IMG/VR virus record: IMGVR_UViG_2684622670_000006
Strand: one strand, 5' to 3'
DNA from: a virus
Lineage: Duplodnaviria; Heunggongvirae; Uroviricota; Caudoviricetes
DNA: 15,321 bases
Shown here piece by piece: positions 14,952 to 15,321 of the stretch; positions within the stretch are counted from its first letter, which is position 1; each line of letters opens with the position of its first letter. The translations under genes and the position numbers were made by a program. The notes below the pieces were generated by a model that was not told where the DNA came from, did no database searches, and saw nothing but the letters and a program-made list of their open reading frames with translations.

Positions 14952-15321
14952 TTATTTTAAGCACTGCATCCTGATGTATTCCTGCAACGTCCTTAATGCG
15001 GCTTGATCACTGATGATTCCATCTCTGATACCGAGAACGTTTCGTCCAGCAACTGGAGAGAGTTCGACGGTGGCATCATTGCCCATGCCGGAGGCGCTGG
15101 AGGTTTTGGCTGAGGATGGCACAGGACATTTGCCTTTGACGAGCACCCGACCACCATTATTAAGCTTGCGCCGAAGAGCATCATTTTCAGCTTTCGCATC
15201 AGCTAATTCCTTCGTGTATTTAGCATCGAGTGCAGCAACATCACGCTGACGCACCTGCATGTCAGTAATTGTCGCGTTCGCCAGTTTCAGCTCTCTGGCA
15301 TTTTTGTCGCGCTGCTCTTTG
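14952..15321 (-). CDS. Rz: Inner-membrane spanin Rz (lambda Rz-like), C-terminal part; 5' end beyond the window
   Basis: Translation ...[51 protein letters not shown]... matches lambda Rz. The frame is open to the window edge. Confidence 0.9.
   Translation of the reverse strand, partial: KEQRDKNARELKLANATITDMQVRQRDVAALDAKYTKELADAKAENDALRRKLNNGGRVLVKGKCPVPSSAKTSSASGMGNDATVELSPVAGRNVLGIRDGIISDQAALRTLQEYIRMQCLK
14993..15199 (-). CDS. Rz1: Outer-membrane spanin Rz1 (lipoprotein), embedded in the +1 frame of Rz
   Basis: [22 protein letters not shown]... has a lipobox (VVGC) followed by a Pro-rich stretch ([11 protein letters not shown]), like lambda Rz1. It lies entirely inside Rz. Confidence 0.8.
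   Translation of the reverse strand: MRKLKMMLFGASLIMVVGCSSKANVLCHPQPKPPAPPAWAMMPPSNSLQLLDETFSVSEMESSVIKPH

Noticed and set aside
1-15321. Search for CRISPR arrays, tRNA/rRNA genes, IS elements, integrase or att sites, and toxin-antitoxin or defence cassettes
   Set aside because: No short direct-repeat/spacer arrays, no tRNA-like cloverleaf candidates, no transposase or integrase ORFs, and no compact non-structural operons were seen. The window is almost entirely late morphogenesis genes.

Overview
This window is the reverse complement of a lambda-type (lambdoid, Enterobacteriaceae) late morphogenesis region; every gene I can support is on the minus strand. Reading right to left: partial Rz with embedded Rz1 (spanins), an intrinsic terminator, a Rha-family regulatory moron, the cos site (cosQ/cosN/cosB), then Nu1, A, W, B, C with nested Nu3, D, E, FI, FII, Z, U, V, G and G-T, H, M and partial L. 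Homology calls rest on comparing the supplied ORF translations with lambda protein sequences recalled from memory; no database search was run. The tail module (Z to L), G, W and Rz look near-identical to lambda, while the head and packaging genes (Nu1 N-terminus, A, B, C, D, E, FI, FII) are clearly diverged, so this is a mosaic lambdoid prophage rather than lambda itself. I found no novel multi-gene system such as a defence island, CRISPR array, tRNA or IS element. The most notable observations are three apparent lesions in essential genes: an in-frame amber codon in portal gene B, a roughly 115-bp frameshifting deletion in tail terminator gene U, and a probable frameshift near the 3' end of terminase gene A. 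Also of interest are a cos site with lambda-type cosN but non-lambda cosB repeats matching a diverged Nu1 DNA-binding domain, a triplicated repeat in C/Nu3, structured RNA elements in the E-FI and D-E intergenic regions, and the Rha moron next to cos.
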